IMG/VR virus record: IMGVR_UViG_3300036791_000462
Location: 43,111-107,110 of that record
DNA: 64,000 nt
Reading direction: 5' to 3' (one strand)
Source: a virus
Both the position numbers and the translations under genes were made by a program. Positions 1-9,103 of the stretch are shown here, in pieces. How positions within the stretch are numbered: the stretch's first letter is position 1; each line of letters begins with the position of its first letter. Under the pieces are notes generated by a model, which was not told the DNA's origin, ran no database searches, and was given only the letters and a program-made list of their open reading frames with translations.

Positions 1-662
1 TCGAAGTCCGCAGCGAACACCTCGGGCACCAGTTCGCGCAGCCGCGCCGGGCTGCCGTCGTACTCGTCGCCCGCGAGATCCTCCACGATGGCCTGAGCGC
101 TCGTGTGCGGCCCCGTGCCGCCGTAGCCGAACTCGAACTGGCCGTCTTCGCCGGGCGCGAGGTCGCGGCGCTCACCGTCGGCGTCAACGTGGTACAGCCG
201 TACCTCGGTTTGCTTGGGTCCGTCGGCGTTGAACTTCTCGGCCTGCTCGCGCTCCCAACCGTACACGTTCACCCACCGCTCGACGGTGATCGGCTCGCGG
301 ACGATCTCGAAGTGCTCACCGAGGGGTTTCAGCCAACCGGCGGCGTACACGTACCCGTATGACGCCTGGGTCGAGCCGACGATGATCCCCTGCTCATCCT
401 CGTAGAGCACCAGTTCCTGATCGAAGTCCTGCCGAAACATCCAGTAGTTCTCGCCGAGCCACTCGCGCATCTTCGCGATAGCGCCGGTGCCCTCCGGTGA
501 GCCGTTCAGCCACGCGACCAACTTGCTCTTGGCCTCGTCGTTCTCGGCGACGAGATCCTGACGGTCCCAGACGAGGTCGCTCGGGGCGATCAGCCGCGCG
601 CCCCACGCCGTTTTGATGTCTTTCGGAACGCCGGTCCGGCGTCCGTAGGCCAGGTCATCCAT
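1..662 (-). CDS. Hypothetical protein with DUF6166-like motif (truncated by window edge)
   Basis: Hand-translated from ATG at 662 behind CGACCGAGGAGG: MDDLAYGRRTG...QFEFGYGGTGPHTSAQAIV. Resembles the FEWGYGGSGP motif of DUF6166. Confidence 0.6.
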   Translation of the reverse strand, partial: MDDLAYGRRTGVPKDIKTAWGARLIAPSDLVWDRQDLVAENDEAKSKLVAWLNGSPEGTGAIAKMREWLGENYWMFRQDFDQELVLYEDEQGIIVGSTQASYGYVYAAGWLKPLGEHFEIVREPITVERWVNVYGWEREQAEKFNADGPKQTEVRLYHVDADGERRDLAPGEDGQFEFGYGGTGPHTSAQAIVEDLAGDEYDGSPARLRELVPEVFAADF

Positions 663-667
663 GCTTC

Positions 668-714
668 CTCCTCGGTCGTTTCTCTACATCCAGCTTAGCA
701 CACAACGCGCGTTA
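668..714 (-). promoter_or_regulatory. Repeated cassette: palindrome 696-714, extended -10 (TGCTAAGCT), CGACCGAGGAG
   Basis: TAGCACAC-AAC-GCGCGTTA; the upstream gene's stop is at 712-714. Confidence 0.75.
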
Positions 715-981
715 GAAGCAGGTGTCGCAGGTGCAGTGTGGCTGCTTGCCGCTTCTGCAGGTCGCCATCGCTTTGTGCCTCGGCATGAACGGGTCGAGCA
801 GCGGGTGCTCAACGATCTCGCGACACTGCTCGCAGTTGGGGTCGTAGATGCCGAGCTTCTCCCAGCGCGCGAGGCGCTCCTCGCGGGTTTCGCTGGCCCC
901 GAACGGCGAGATCGCGAACACGGTCTGGTTGCCGTTCTCGTCAAAGCGCTCGACGCTGCGGTCAATCAGCGGTTGTCCCAT
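712..981 (-). CDS. Small Cys-rich hypothetical protein
   Basis: MGQPLIDRS...CEQC...HCTCDTCF; abuts the neighbouring gene. Confidence 0.5.
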   Translation of the reverse strand: MGQPLIDRSVERFDENGNQTVFAISPFGASETREERLARWEKLGIYDPNCEQCREIVEHPLLDPFMPRHKAMATCRSGKQPHCTCDTCF

Positions 982-1340
982 CAGTCCTGCCACCTCCTGG
1001 TTCCGGCTTCCTCGAACTCCTCGCGGGTGATCTCCTGCACCTCGGCGAGCGGCACGAACCCCGGCTCGCCACGCGGCTCCATCACCGAGTAGCACCACGC
1101 ACAGAAGCTCTCGCGCATCGACCAGGCGTAGCGGGCGGAGTCGGCATCCTCGCCGTACAGACGGATGCTGTACCCGTAGATCGTGATCGCCTTGGCGGGT
1201 GCCATCGAGACGTACACGATCCCGTCGCGCTCGAACGGCTCCTGCGGGTTGCCGCCCCAGCGGCGTTTGAAGTAGAGCGGCTGGCCGTCGAGCGCGAACG
1301 GCGCGTCCGGCTCGGCCTGGTAGTCGAAGGTCGTGCTCAT
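981..1340 (-). CDS. Hypothetical protein
   Basis: 119 aa ORF in a tightly packed, overlapping gene run. Confidence 0.6.
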   Translation of the reverse strand: MSTTFDYQAEPDAPFALDGQPLYFKRRWGGNPQEPFERDGIVYVSMAPAKAITIYGYSIRLYGEDADSARYAWSMRESFCAWCYSVMEPRGEPGFVPLAEVQEITREEFEEAGTRRWQD

Positions 1341-1573
1341 GCGTTCGCGAGATCGTCGTGCATCCGCCCGATCTCGGTCGCCCGGCGGATCTCGCGCAGG
1401 TCCGCCTGATCCTCCAGGTAGCGGGCGTTGAGTCGCATCGCGGCGATCTCCGCGTCAGCGAGCGACGGGTAGGTCTTCGCGTTCTGGGTGCTGTTCGGGT
1501 AGCGCTGGTCGATCACCTTGAAAAACGGCGTGTTCAGCGCGTAGGTGGTGGTCGCCTCGTATGGCAGGTTCAT
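1337..1573 (-). CDS. Hypothetical protein
   Basis: CGACCGAGGAG RBS upstream; overlap with next gene. Confidence 0.6.
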   Translation of the reverse strand: MNLPYEATTTYALNTPFFKVIDQRYPNSTQNAKTYPSLADAEIAAMRLNARYLEDQADLREIRRATEIGRMHDDLANA

Positions 1574-1978
1574 CTAGCCCTCCTCGGTCGTGGTTTGCAG
1601 CCGGTCGATCAGCGCGTCGATCCGCGCGTCCATGAGATCGCCCAACGTGGGATCCCTGTAGCGCCACGTGGCGAGATCGAAGTCGAAGTCGTAGAAGGCG
1701 ATCAGCGCCCGCTGCGCACGGTCAAGACGCTGGAACGCTCGGGTCGCGTGCGACCGGTTCGCGGGGCTGCGCCCGTCCTTGACCGCCACCACCTGGAACG
1801 TCGCGTCGGCTTCGAGCACCGTGCGCACGAGCGCTAGCTCGCGCCGGTAGAGCTTCGCGTCGTCACCGTCGGCGCGGAACATCCGGCGCTGCTCGGCGGC
1901 GATCAGCTTGACCTTCGACTGCTGCTCGGCGCTGTACGCGCGAGCCCAGGCGACCTTGCGTTTCATCAGCTTGCTCAC
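1574..1978 (-). CDS. Hypothetical protein
   Basis: 134 aa ORF, packed. Confidence 0.55.
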   Translation of the reverse strand: MSKLMKRKVAWARAYSAEQQSKVKLIAAEQRRMFRADGDDAKLYRRELALVRTVLEADATFQVVAVKDGRSPANRSHATRAFQRLDRAQRALIAFYDFDFDLATWRYRDPTLGDLMDARIDALIDRLQTTTEEG

Positions 1979-2154
1979 GCGGCGGTCTGCTCCTCGTAGA
2001 ACCCCTGCGCGCGCTCCTGTGTGGAGAAGCGGTGAACCTGGATCGCCGCGCCCTGCTTGATCGTCACGATCCAGTCGGGCGTCCGTTTGGTGGTCGCGGT
2101 TCGGTGGTCGATGTACGGAGCGGTGACGGTCCGCTCAGAAGTGGTGCTCATCAT
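1975..2154 (-). CDS. Small hypothetical protein (59 aa, below ORF-track cutoff)
   Basis: MMSTTSERTVTAPYIDHR... directly after the cassette RBS; GTGA overlap with next gene. Confidence 0.55.
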   Translation of the reverse strand: MMSTTSERTVTAPYIDHRTATTKRTPDWIVTIKQGAAIQVHRFSTQERAQGFYEEQTAA

Positions 2155-2156
2155 GG

Positions 2157-2214
2157 CTCCTCGGTCGGTGCGGCCTCATCACCGCACCTACATCATAACA
2201 CACGATGCGTGTTA
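2157..2214 (-). promoter_or_regulatory. Repeated cassette (palindrome 2196-2214, TGTTATGAT, GGTGCGG/CCGCACC hairpin, CGACCGAGGAG)
   Basis: TAACACAC-GAT-GCGTGTTA; upstream stop at 2212-2214. Confidence 0.8.
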
Positions 2215-2475
2215 GGACAAGTCCGCCATGCAGGTCGAGAGCATCTCGCGCACGATGTCGCGCTGCTCGTCACGATCCAACCCCACCCAGGCGTACAACC
2301 AGAGCGCGCTCTTGGCCTCGGCGTGCAGCCGCGTCTGCTCGATCCGATCCTCGATGGTGCCGAACTCGATCCCCTCGGCGAGCATCACGTCGATGTGCTC
2401 AGGGTCCATTGCAGGCGCAGTCTCGCACCTCCCAACCCTGAAAACTAGAGCGTCTGACGTGAGCTTTCCTCGCAA

Positions 2476-2901
2476 TTAGCGGGATTCGGCAAGCTCGCGC
2501 GTCTCGATCCCCTCGCGCTCGATCAGCGACTTCGCGAACGAGATCGCCTGGCGCGCTCTGTTGCGCCGGAAGCAGTAGCTCTCCGCCCCCTCCAACTCAT
2601 CGCAGTCGAGCCAGCCGGTGAACACGTCGCTGCCCATCCACTCCTCGATCTGCTCGTCGGTCGTGAGCCCGTTGATGTCGAGCGCCCGGCCGTCCGGCAG
2701 GGCGACGTAGACGTGGTCAAGCTCGCCGTCGCGCCAGGCTCCCATCAGTTCCGCGCCGGGGATCAGTTCGCACAGCGCGAGCGCAAGGCTGTGGCAGTGG
2801 CCGCGTGAGAACACGTCATGCGCGTTCTCGTCCAGGACGCCGGGTTCAAGCTCAATCTCTGTGTCGCGCCCGAACCATCCGTTGTAGGTCCAGGTGGACA
2901 A
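2476..2901 (-). CDS. Hypothetical protein (GHCH...HVY...LD motifs, possible papain-like fold)
   Basis: Follows the cassette at 2908-2969; Cys/His/Asp spacing only suggestive. Confidence 0.55.
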   Translation of the reverse strand: MSTWTYNGWFGRDTEIELEPGVLDENAHDVFSRGHCHSLALALCELIPGAELMGAWRDGELDHVYVALPDGRALDINGLTTDEQIEEWMGSDVFTGWLDCDELEGAESYCFRRNRARQAISFAKSLIEREGIETRELAESR

Positions 2902-2907
2902 TTTCTA

Positions 2908-2969
2908 CCTCCTCGGTCGGTTGGAGGGGGAGCGTTTCCCACTAACATCCTAGCACAAAACGTGCGCTA
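2908..2969 (-). promoter_or_regulatory. Repeated cassette (palindrome 2951-2969)
   Basis: TAGCACAA-AAC-GTGCGCTA, TGCTAGGAT, CGACCGAGGAG. Confidence 0.7.
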
Positions 2970-3403
2970 GCGGAAACTATTCATGCTTGAATAGTTTGCT
3001 GCAGCTACGAGAAGCGGCCGTTGACCAGAACCAAGCAGATCGCGTACGTCGCAAAGACGCAGAGGAAGTACAGGAAGGTGCGGCTGGTCAAACCGCCCGG
3101 ATGGTACGGCTCAGGCTCGGCAGAGCCCCAGATACGTTGCCGCCGCCGCGATCACGGTCGGCAACCCGATCCAGAAGATCAGCGGGTCCACCGTCACCGC
3201 GAGAATCGAGAGGATCGGAACGGCGACCCAGCGCGCGAGCCCCCACACGGCGCGAGCCTCGGCTCCGTGGTCGCGCAGGCGTTCGGCCAGTTCCTGCGGC
3301 CCCGGTTCTGGGGCGCGCAGACGTTGGCGTTCGGCCTGCTCCTCCAGACGCCGCCGTTCGGCTCTGCGCCCGCTCGCTCTGCCGAGTAGGAGCCAGCCAA
3401 GCA

Positions 3404-3703
3404 TCAGCGGGAGGGCACCTCGCCGTCGAGCGGCACCCCGAAGCGCTGCAGGATGACCATCACGCCCCACAGCACCTTCAGCAGGTCAACCTCAGCGTCC
3501 GCGACAGGCCCAACGGCGGTGTAGTCACCAGTCGAGGCCTCCAGGTCGTACGCGCGTTTCCACGCTCTCGCGAACGTGTTGTCGTCCATGTGCGCAAGCG
3601 CGCTCGACACGTCCTTGCCTCGGTACTCGCACTCGGCGCAGTGGTCGTGAAGGATCTGCCGGGCGTCGAACCCGTCGAGCCCGTCGTGGTAGCTATGCGT
3701 CAC
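3404..3703 (-). CDS. Hypothetical protein
   Basis: 99 aa with GACCGAGGGGAG RBS. Confidence 0.55.
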   Translation of the reverse strand: MTHSYHDGLDGFDARQILHDHCAECEYRGKDVSSALAHMDDNTFARAWKRAYDLEASTGDYTAVGPVADAEVDLLKVLWGVMVILQRFGVPLDGEVPSR

Positions 3704-4100
3704 GGTTCTCCCCCTCGGTCGGCTTGTCGGGAAAACGCTGCAAATACTGCGGCGAAGCGATCAGCTTCGCCCCCTGGTTCAGCACCTCGGTAACGGAATG
3801 CCACGAGTCGTACAGGTACACGGGAACGTCCACCGTCAGCGCTTCGCCGAGCCCCAGCGTCAGCGCATCGTCACCGAGATCAACCTTCAACTGCTTGGTG
3901 AACCACAGGTGCGCAGCGCAGCGGTAGAGCGGGTCATCGCGCATCAGATTCTGGGCCAGGATCCGAAAGACGGCGATGCCCTTCGGGTCAAGCTGAGGGA
4001 TCACCTCCAGCGGAAGCTGCTTCTCGTAGCCGTGCTCTCTGCCCAGCGCGTACACCGTGAACACGCCCTGCAGATCGACTGCTTTGGCGTCGTCAAGCAC
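3693..4100 (-). CDS. Hypothetical protein
   Basis: GTG start inferred (VLDDAKAV...); packed. Confidence 0.5.
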   Translation of the reverse strand: MLDDAKAVDLQGVFTVYALGREHGYEKQLPLEVIPQLDPKGIAVFRILAQNLMRDDPLYRCAAHLWFTKQLKVDLGDDALTLGLGEALTVDVPVYLYDSWHSVTEVLNQGAKLIASPQYLQRFPDKPTEGENRDA

Positions 4101-4533
4101 GTGGCGTCCTGTCCGGCATGCGCTGGATGAACTCGCGCTCGCGCAGCGCCGGGTAGATGCTCGGCGCGTGCTCGCGCCTGCCGTTGCGCCGCCCATCCTC
4201 GTAGGCGGGCGAGCGGTCAAACTCGGGGTCGTCGCTGTGACGCTGGTAGAGCTTGGTCGCGAACTCTGGGGCACCGAACGCGAGCGTCAACGCTGGCTGG
4301 TCGCGCGTGAAGTTCTCCAGCGCGTCAGCCATCCCGTCAGCGAACCCCTGCCCGTACGGGATCAGGTCTTCGTTCAGCAGCGGATCGTTGGGGTGGGGTT
4401 CGCGCTGCTGCTGGTAGCGCATCGCGGCGAACGCGGCGTTTGGTGCGGTGTAGCCAAGCTGCAGCTTCTCGCGGTCGCCGCGCATCAGCGCAGCGGTCGT
4501 TTCGCGCAGCGACATCTCATACGGTTCAGCCAT
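4093..4533 (-). CDS. Hypothetical protein
   Basis: ATG after the cassette RBS. Confidence 0.6.
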   Translation of the reverse strand: MAEPYEMSLRETTAALMRGDREKLQLGYTAPNAAFAAMRYQQQREPHPNDPLLNEDLIPYGQGFADGMADALENFTRDQPALTLAFGAPEFATKLYQRHSDDPEFDRSPAYEDGRRNGRREHAPSIYPALREREFIQRMPDRTPRA

Positions 4534-4539
4534 CCGGCT

Positions 4540-4582
4540 CTCCTCGGTCGGGTAGACCAAGGGTAGCACACGACAGGAGCTA
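4540..4582 (-). promoter_or_regulatory. Repeated cassette (degenerate palindrome 4564-4582)
   Basis: TAGCACAC-GAC-AGGAGCTA; upstream stop at 4580-4582. Confidence 0.65.
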
Positions 4583-4907
4583 CGGGAAACGCATGTCGCT
4601 GTGATGCTTGGTGCTTGACCGACGCGCCGTGAGCCTCACCTCGAAGATCACCAAGGCGCTCATGTCCACCACCCACACCCGGCCCTCGTACGCGGCGCGG
4701 TACGCGGGCTCTGCCCACTGGATCGTACGCTTCCACTCGTGGCGCTCATCGCGGTCATGCGGCCAGCGGATCCGGGCGACCGCCCACGGCCACACCCGGC
4801 TCCAGTCGGTAATCCCCTGCATCTTCTTGCGGCCCAGCAGCACACGAATCTGCTCCGCCGGGGTCATCGCCCGACCCGTGAACTCGTCGGGATGCCCGCG
4901 CGGCAGA

Positions 4908-5639
4908 CTAGCCTGCAGCGGCTCCAGTATCGCCCCCACTTCCTCCGGTCCTTTCATCGTCGGACTGCAAGTCACGCGGAACCCCGAAGTCGGCAGCCAG
5001 TTGCGGGTCGATGGGAGGTGCCCCTTGATCCCACCCCGGCGGCGGTGTCCACGTTTGCTTGCCCGCACCCTTGCGATAGCGCAGCGGTTCCGGGGAGCCC
5101 GCCTCGAACGGCACGTCGATTCGCATCCCGGCGTCACGAATCTGCGTTTCGGTCATCCCCCCGGCCGGTAGCTCACTGGCCTGCGGGGGGTTCGGCAGGT
5201 CGCTGCTTGAGTCCGCTTCGCTCAACTGGTTCAAGTCCTGCAGCCACTGCGGGTCGTCGCCCGCGAAGTCCTCGTCCACCGGTCCTTCGGGCTCGGCGAC
5301 GCCCTGCACCGGCTCGGTCAGACGGTGCCTGCCGCCGACCATCCCGGCGATCTCCTCGGCGCTGGACGGCCACAGGTCATCCTGCGCCTGGGGGTTGGTC
5401 ATCCACCCGTTGTCGTTCTCAGAGAACGTGTCGCCGTCACCCGGTCCTGTCTGGCGGTACGGTGTCGTCCCGTCACGCAGCCAGTAGGTGTAGTCGCCGC
5501 CTTCGTAGTCCGATCTTGGTGGTCCCGGCAGCGGGCGTTGCGGCAGTGTTTGCGACGGGTCCGTTTCGCGGTTGACCGTCCCGCCTGGATCGACTGGTGC
5601 GAGCGGGTCGCGGGCCTCGTCCAACTCGTCGGCCATCAC
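4908..5639 (-). CDS. Acidic, Pro/Asp-rich hypothetical protein coupled to the zeta/NTase effector gene
   Basis: GTGA overlap with 5636..8494; low-complexity acidic sequence. Confidence 0.6.
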   Translation of the reverse strand: MMADELDEARDPLAPVDPGGTVNRETDPSQTLPQRPLPGPPRSDYEGGDYTYWLRDGTTPYRQTGPGDGDTFSENDNGWMTNPQAQDDLWPSSAEEIAGMVGGRHRLTEPVQGVAEPEGPVDEDFAGDDPQWLQDLNQLSEADSSSDLPNPPQASELPAGGMTETQIRDAGMRIDVPFEAGSPEPLRYRKGAGKQTWTPPPGWDQGAPPIDPQLAADFGVPRDLQSDDERTGGSGGDTGAAAG

Positions 5640-8494
5640 GCCACCCTCGGGCGCAGCACCCCGGTGAGCCGATTGCCCCGACGGGCGCGGTTACCTGTTG
5701 GTTCCTGGGTGCCTGCCAGGATCGCGTTGGTGCGCGCGGTCAGGCCCTTCAGTTCTCTGGCGGCAGCGCGCTGCTCGTCGCGGGTGCCGAGAATCACCTC
5801 GTGCGGGTCCGCGACGAGCCCGCCGTGCTGGGACACGCCCCACGCCCGGTCGTAGTACGGCTTCGCGGCTTTCTGCAGGTCCGCGACAACCTGTTTCTCG
5901 GCCGGTGTCGGCTCGCGTTTCTGCTGTTTGGCAAGCTCCTCGACCTGGCGTTCCAACTCGTAGTAGTGGTGGCCCGGCCCGATCTCCTTCGTCCACCACA
6001 GCGGGTTGGTGTTGACCTGAAGCTCGGTCGTCAGCCCACCGGCGGACTCGGGTGCGCGCAGGATCAGGGTCGTGTCGCCGTACCCGTTCTCCGTCGAGCG
6101 GTTCGACCCGTTCGCGTCCACCAGACGGCGTTTCATCCGCTCCACCGTCCAGCCCTTCGCAGCGACCTGCTGGCGGATCGTCGCGAGCGTGTGTTCGAGA
6201 TCCTGCGCGGTCGGGACGGTCACCGTCGCACGAACCGCGTCGTGCAGGTCAGAGAAGTCGTTCGCGTGACCCAGCGACGCCTGCTTCGCAATCGCTCGCT
6301 TCAGGCTCTTGATCGGCGCGACGATCAGGTGCGGCTGGTCCATGTTGTGCTGGATGTCCTGCCCGGTCTGCTGGAAGCTCTTGCCCTGCGAAATGTCGTG
6401 CTTGGTCCCGCCAAGCTGGTCGATCACGCCGGTGCCGATGTCGAGGATCTGCTGCAACGCCGGAAGCGTTTTCGACTCGCCTCGCGCGAGAAGCTCCTGC
6501 GGGTCGCTGACCGGCTGTTTCTTCTTCTCCCCGTCGCCGGTGATCCCGAACTGGTCGCGCATCGACTGAAACTCCTTCGAGACGTTGCGGCCCACACGAC
6601 GCTCGACCTCGGGGTTCGTTCGGGTCGTCTGCCCGCCCGTTTTCCAGACGCCGCGCTTCGGGCCTGCCACGTCACGCACGCCAGGTAGCTGCTCGTGCGC
6701 CTTGGCGAGCACCTGCGCGTACGCGCGGTCGGCAGGGATCGCGTAGTCCGAACCGTCGAGCTTCTTGTCCTCCGCGCCCGACGGGAAGCTGATCTTGCCG
6801 TCCGGCAGCGCTTGGGCTACGAGCCTCGGTGGGTTCGGTCGGCCGGACGCTTCGTCCAACCCCTGGTTGGTGTCGTACACGTGGACTCGCGCGCCCATCT
6901 GCGCCGCCTTGTCCATCACGCCGGGGATCGTCGCGGACACGTCGCGGTGGACCGCGCGCATGATCACGTCGGGGATCATGCGACCGCCCGCCTCGGCGTT
7001 CGCACGCGCCTTCTCGGCACGGTCCTTCGCGCGGCTGATCGCGTCGTTCGTCGGCGTGCTGACGTAGGAGATGCGCGGGTTGACGTACCCCGCGTCGGTG
7101 AACGACTTGACGCGCTTGGCGACCTCGTCGGCGTTCGTGTTCGTGATCCCGTCCACGATCACGTTCAGCTTGCGCTTCTGCGCCTCCGCCATCACGTGCT
7201 GCGCGATGTCCCACGCCTCGGCGTACACCCGCAGGTTCGCCTCCGGGTCATCCGCCGAGCTTGCCTGAAACTCGGGTAGCTCCGCCTTGATCAGGTCCGG
7301 GTCGAGGAGCAGCGCGTTCTGAGGCAGCGCATCCGGGTCGTCAGGGTGCTTCTGGCTGAGCATGTGCAACAGCCCGCCCTTCCCGGCCGCGTACCCACCG
7401 CCGGTGAACATCACGGTCGGCTTGCCGGACGGCGCTTTCAGATACGAGTTCGTTTTGCTGAGCCCCCGGTCGTTGCCCTTCGCGTCCAGGTTGTGCTCGC
7501 GCAGCATCATGTCGATGATCCGCGCGTGCAGCTTCGCGCGGGACTGGTCCCACGTGCCGTCCGGGTTGCGGTACATCTCAGCGGTCGTCGGCCTGGTGGT
7601 CGCATCCTCCGCGTACGCCAACAGCGTTTTCTGGGACACGCGGCCCGCATCGTTGAAGTGAACCTCCGCTTGGCTCAGATCATGCTCACCGCGAACCTGC
7701 CCAGCGGCCGGGGTTGAGCGTGACAGCCCGACGCGACGCACCCGGCGGCCGATCCGCTTCTCCAGCGACTTGGTGCGCCGTTCGTACAGCGCCGACTGGC
7801 CGTGCGCGAGCGTCTGCTTACGGTCGTGGATCGCGTTGGTGTGCGCCTGCTCCTTCGCGAAGTGCTCCGCCGCCGCCGCGTGGTCACCACGTTTCGCTGC
7901 CGCGTTGCCCGCCTTGCGTTCCTGGGTCGCGAGCCGCTCCAGGCGCTGGCGTCCAGCGAGGTGAACCTTCTGCGCGTCGGTGGCCTCCTGTTTGAACTGG
8001 CGCAGGCTCATCGCCTCCGGGAGCGTGCCGCCAGTCTGCACCGCCTTACCCGCAGGATGCGGTTCGGGGGTCGCGAACACGGGAAACTTCCCGCCTCTGA
8101 CGCCAGCCCGGCGGCCCTTCAGCACCTTGATCTCGCCCGGCATCCGCTCCGTCGGTGGGCGCTGGATCGTTTTCAGACGCGGGCCTGAGTGAACCGCTTT
8201 CGCGATCCGGTTCTGCGGCACGACCTCGTGGGAGCGGAGCTTCGCGTCGGCAAACGCGCCGCCGAGCTTGTCGATCCACTTCCCGCCACGGCCGCGCGGG
8301 TGCAGCACCTCGGTCCAGTCAACCTCCTGCAGGCCGGTGAGCGCCAGGTCGAGCACGCCTGCCTGCTCCCACAGGTCAAGTTCGGTGTGCGACACCCAGC
8401 CGATCCGGTCCAGATCGTCGGTGGTGGCGAGCCCCCGGCGCAAGAACTCCTCTCGGAGGGTGGCGTTCTCGCGCGCAATGGTGGCAGCCTCCAT
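5636..8494 (-). CDS. Tagged polyvalent effector: zeta-toxin-like P-loop kinase + C-terminal RelA/SpoT-like nucleotidyltransferase
   Basis: Tag LQEVDWTEVLHPRGRGGKWI. Zeta motifs TGGGYAAGKG, LLDPDLIKAELPEF, NVIVDG, GRMIP. RSH-synthetase-like motifs PIKSLKRAIAK, DLHDAVRATV, GYGD, ELQV. Confidence 0.75.
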   Translation of the reverse strand: MEAATIARENATLREEFLRRGLATTDDLDRIGWVSHTELDLWEQAGVLDLALTGLQEVDWTEVLHPRGRGGKWIDKLGGAFADAKLRSHEVVPQNRIAKAVHSGPRLKTIQRPPTERMPGEIKVLKGRRAGVRGGKFPVFATPEPHPAGKAVQTGGTLPEAMSLRQFKQEATDAQKVHLAGRQRLERLATQERKAGNAAAKRGDHAAAAEHFAKEQAHTNAIHDRKQTLAHGQSALYERRTKSLEKRIGRRVRRVGLSRSTPAAGQVRGEHDLSQAEVHFNDAGRVSQKTLLAYAEDATTRPTTAEMYRNPDGTWDQSRAKLHARIIDMMLREHNLDAKGNDRGLSKTNSYLKAPSGKPTVMFTGGGYAAGKGGLLHMLSQKHPDDPDALPQNALLLDPDLIKAELPEFQASSADDPEANLRVYAEAWDIAQHVMAEAQKRKLNVIVDGITNTNADEVAKRVKSFTDAGYVNPRISYVSTPTNDAISRAKDRAEKARANAEAGGRMIPDVIMRAVHRDVSATIPGVMDKAAQMGARVHVYDTNQGLDEASGRPNPPRLVAQALPDGKISFPSGAEDKKLDGSDYAIPADRAYAQVLAKAHEQLPGVRDVAGPKRGVWKTGGQTTRTNPEVERRVGRNVSKEFQSMRDQFGITGDGEKKKQPVSDPQELLARGESKTLPALQQILDIGTGVIDQLGGTKHDISQGKSFQQTGQDIQHNMDQPHLIVAPIKSLKRAIAKQASLGHANDFSDLHDAVRATVTVPTAQDLEHTLATIRQQVAAKGWTVERMKRRLVDANGSNRSTENGYGDTTLILRAPESAGGLTTELQVNTNPLWWTKEIGPGHHYYELERQVEELAKQQKREPTPAEKQVVADLQKAAKPYYDRAWGVSQHGGLVADPHEVILGTRDEQRAAARELKGLTARTNAILAGTQEPTGNRARRGNRLTGVLRPRVA

Positions 8495-8804
8495 TTGGGC
8501 GGCAATGCTAACGCCGCTGCAGGCGGTTACCTCAGACGAACGGTGAGCGCTCCTGCGGGCGCGTCAACCGCCACCACTTCCGTGCCTGCTCCACTTTCTG
8601 TCTGATCGCGGGTCGCTGGTCCTCGTAGATGCAGTGGTCGCACACCGCTTCGAACTGCAGCAGCCGCTCTTTCGCGAACCGGCCGCAACACCGGCAGCGA
8701 CACTGGTGCAGCGCATGTCGTTGGCTGGCCTCGCGGCGGTCGTCGTCCACATCCTGCGGTGAGACGAACAGTCGCAGGCTGCTTCGGTCGGGCATGCGCG
8801 GACT

Positions 8805-9038
8805 CTATCGTGCGCTTGCGACCCACTCTCGATAGAGGCTCATCACCTCATCCGGCGCGTAGCTGCGCGCGTCCAGGTCAAGCCACTCCAGGAACCGTAG
8901 TGCGCGGTCCTCCGAGGACTCGCCATCTTCGCCTTCCTCGAACACCGGTCCGAACGCGATCCCGGTCACGCTGTCGTACAGCACCGCGACCTCGCGGGAG
9001 TCGCCCGTCTCAAACCCGATGATGATCCTGACGCTCAC
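8805..9038 (-). CDS. Hypothetical protein
   Basis: 77 aa, VLYDSVTGIAFGPVF; plausible codon usage. Confidence 0.5.
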   Translation of the reverse strand: MSVRIIIGFETGDSREVAVLYDSVTGIAFGPVFEEGEDGESSEDRALRFLEWLDLDARSYAPDEVMSLYREWVASAR

Positions 9039-9048
9039 GTTGATCCTG

Positions 9049-9090
9049 CGACCCCCAGGACTTGGTGGTCCACCGTTGTCCTGGGGGTCG
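9049..9090 (-). terminator. Hairpin terminator after the Ig-repeat gene
   Basis: CGACCCCCAGGAC...GTCCTGGGGGTCG inverted repeat. Confidence 0.55.
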
Positions 9091-9103
9091 GTAGGTCAGG
9101 CGA

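Noticed and set aside
4908-5639. Scaffold protein or additional tagged protein
   Set aside because: Has LSEA but no HPRxxxGxW; no coiled-coil or capsid neighbour.
5597-8605. Long plus-strand ORFs (e.g. 5597..6688; likewise 31561..32574, 51262..52647)
   Set aside because: Antisense shadows of clear minus-strand genes in high-GC DNA; no motifs.
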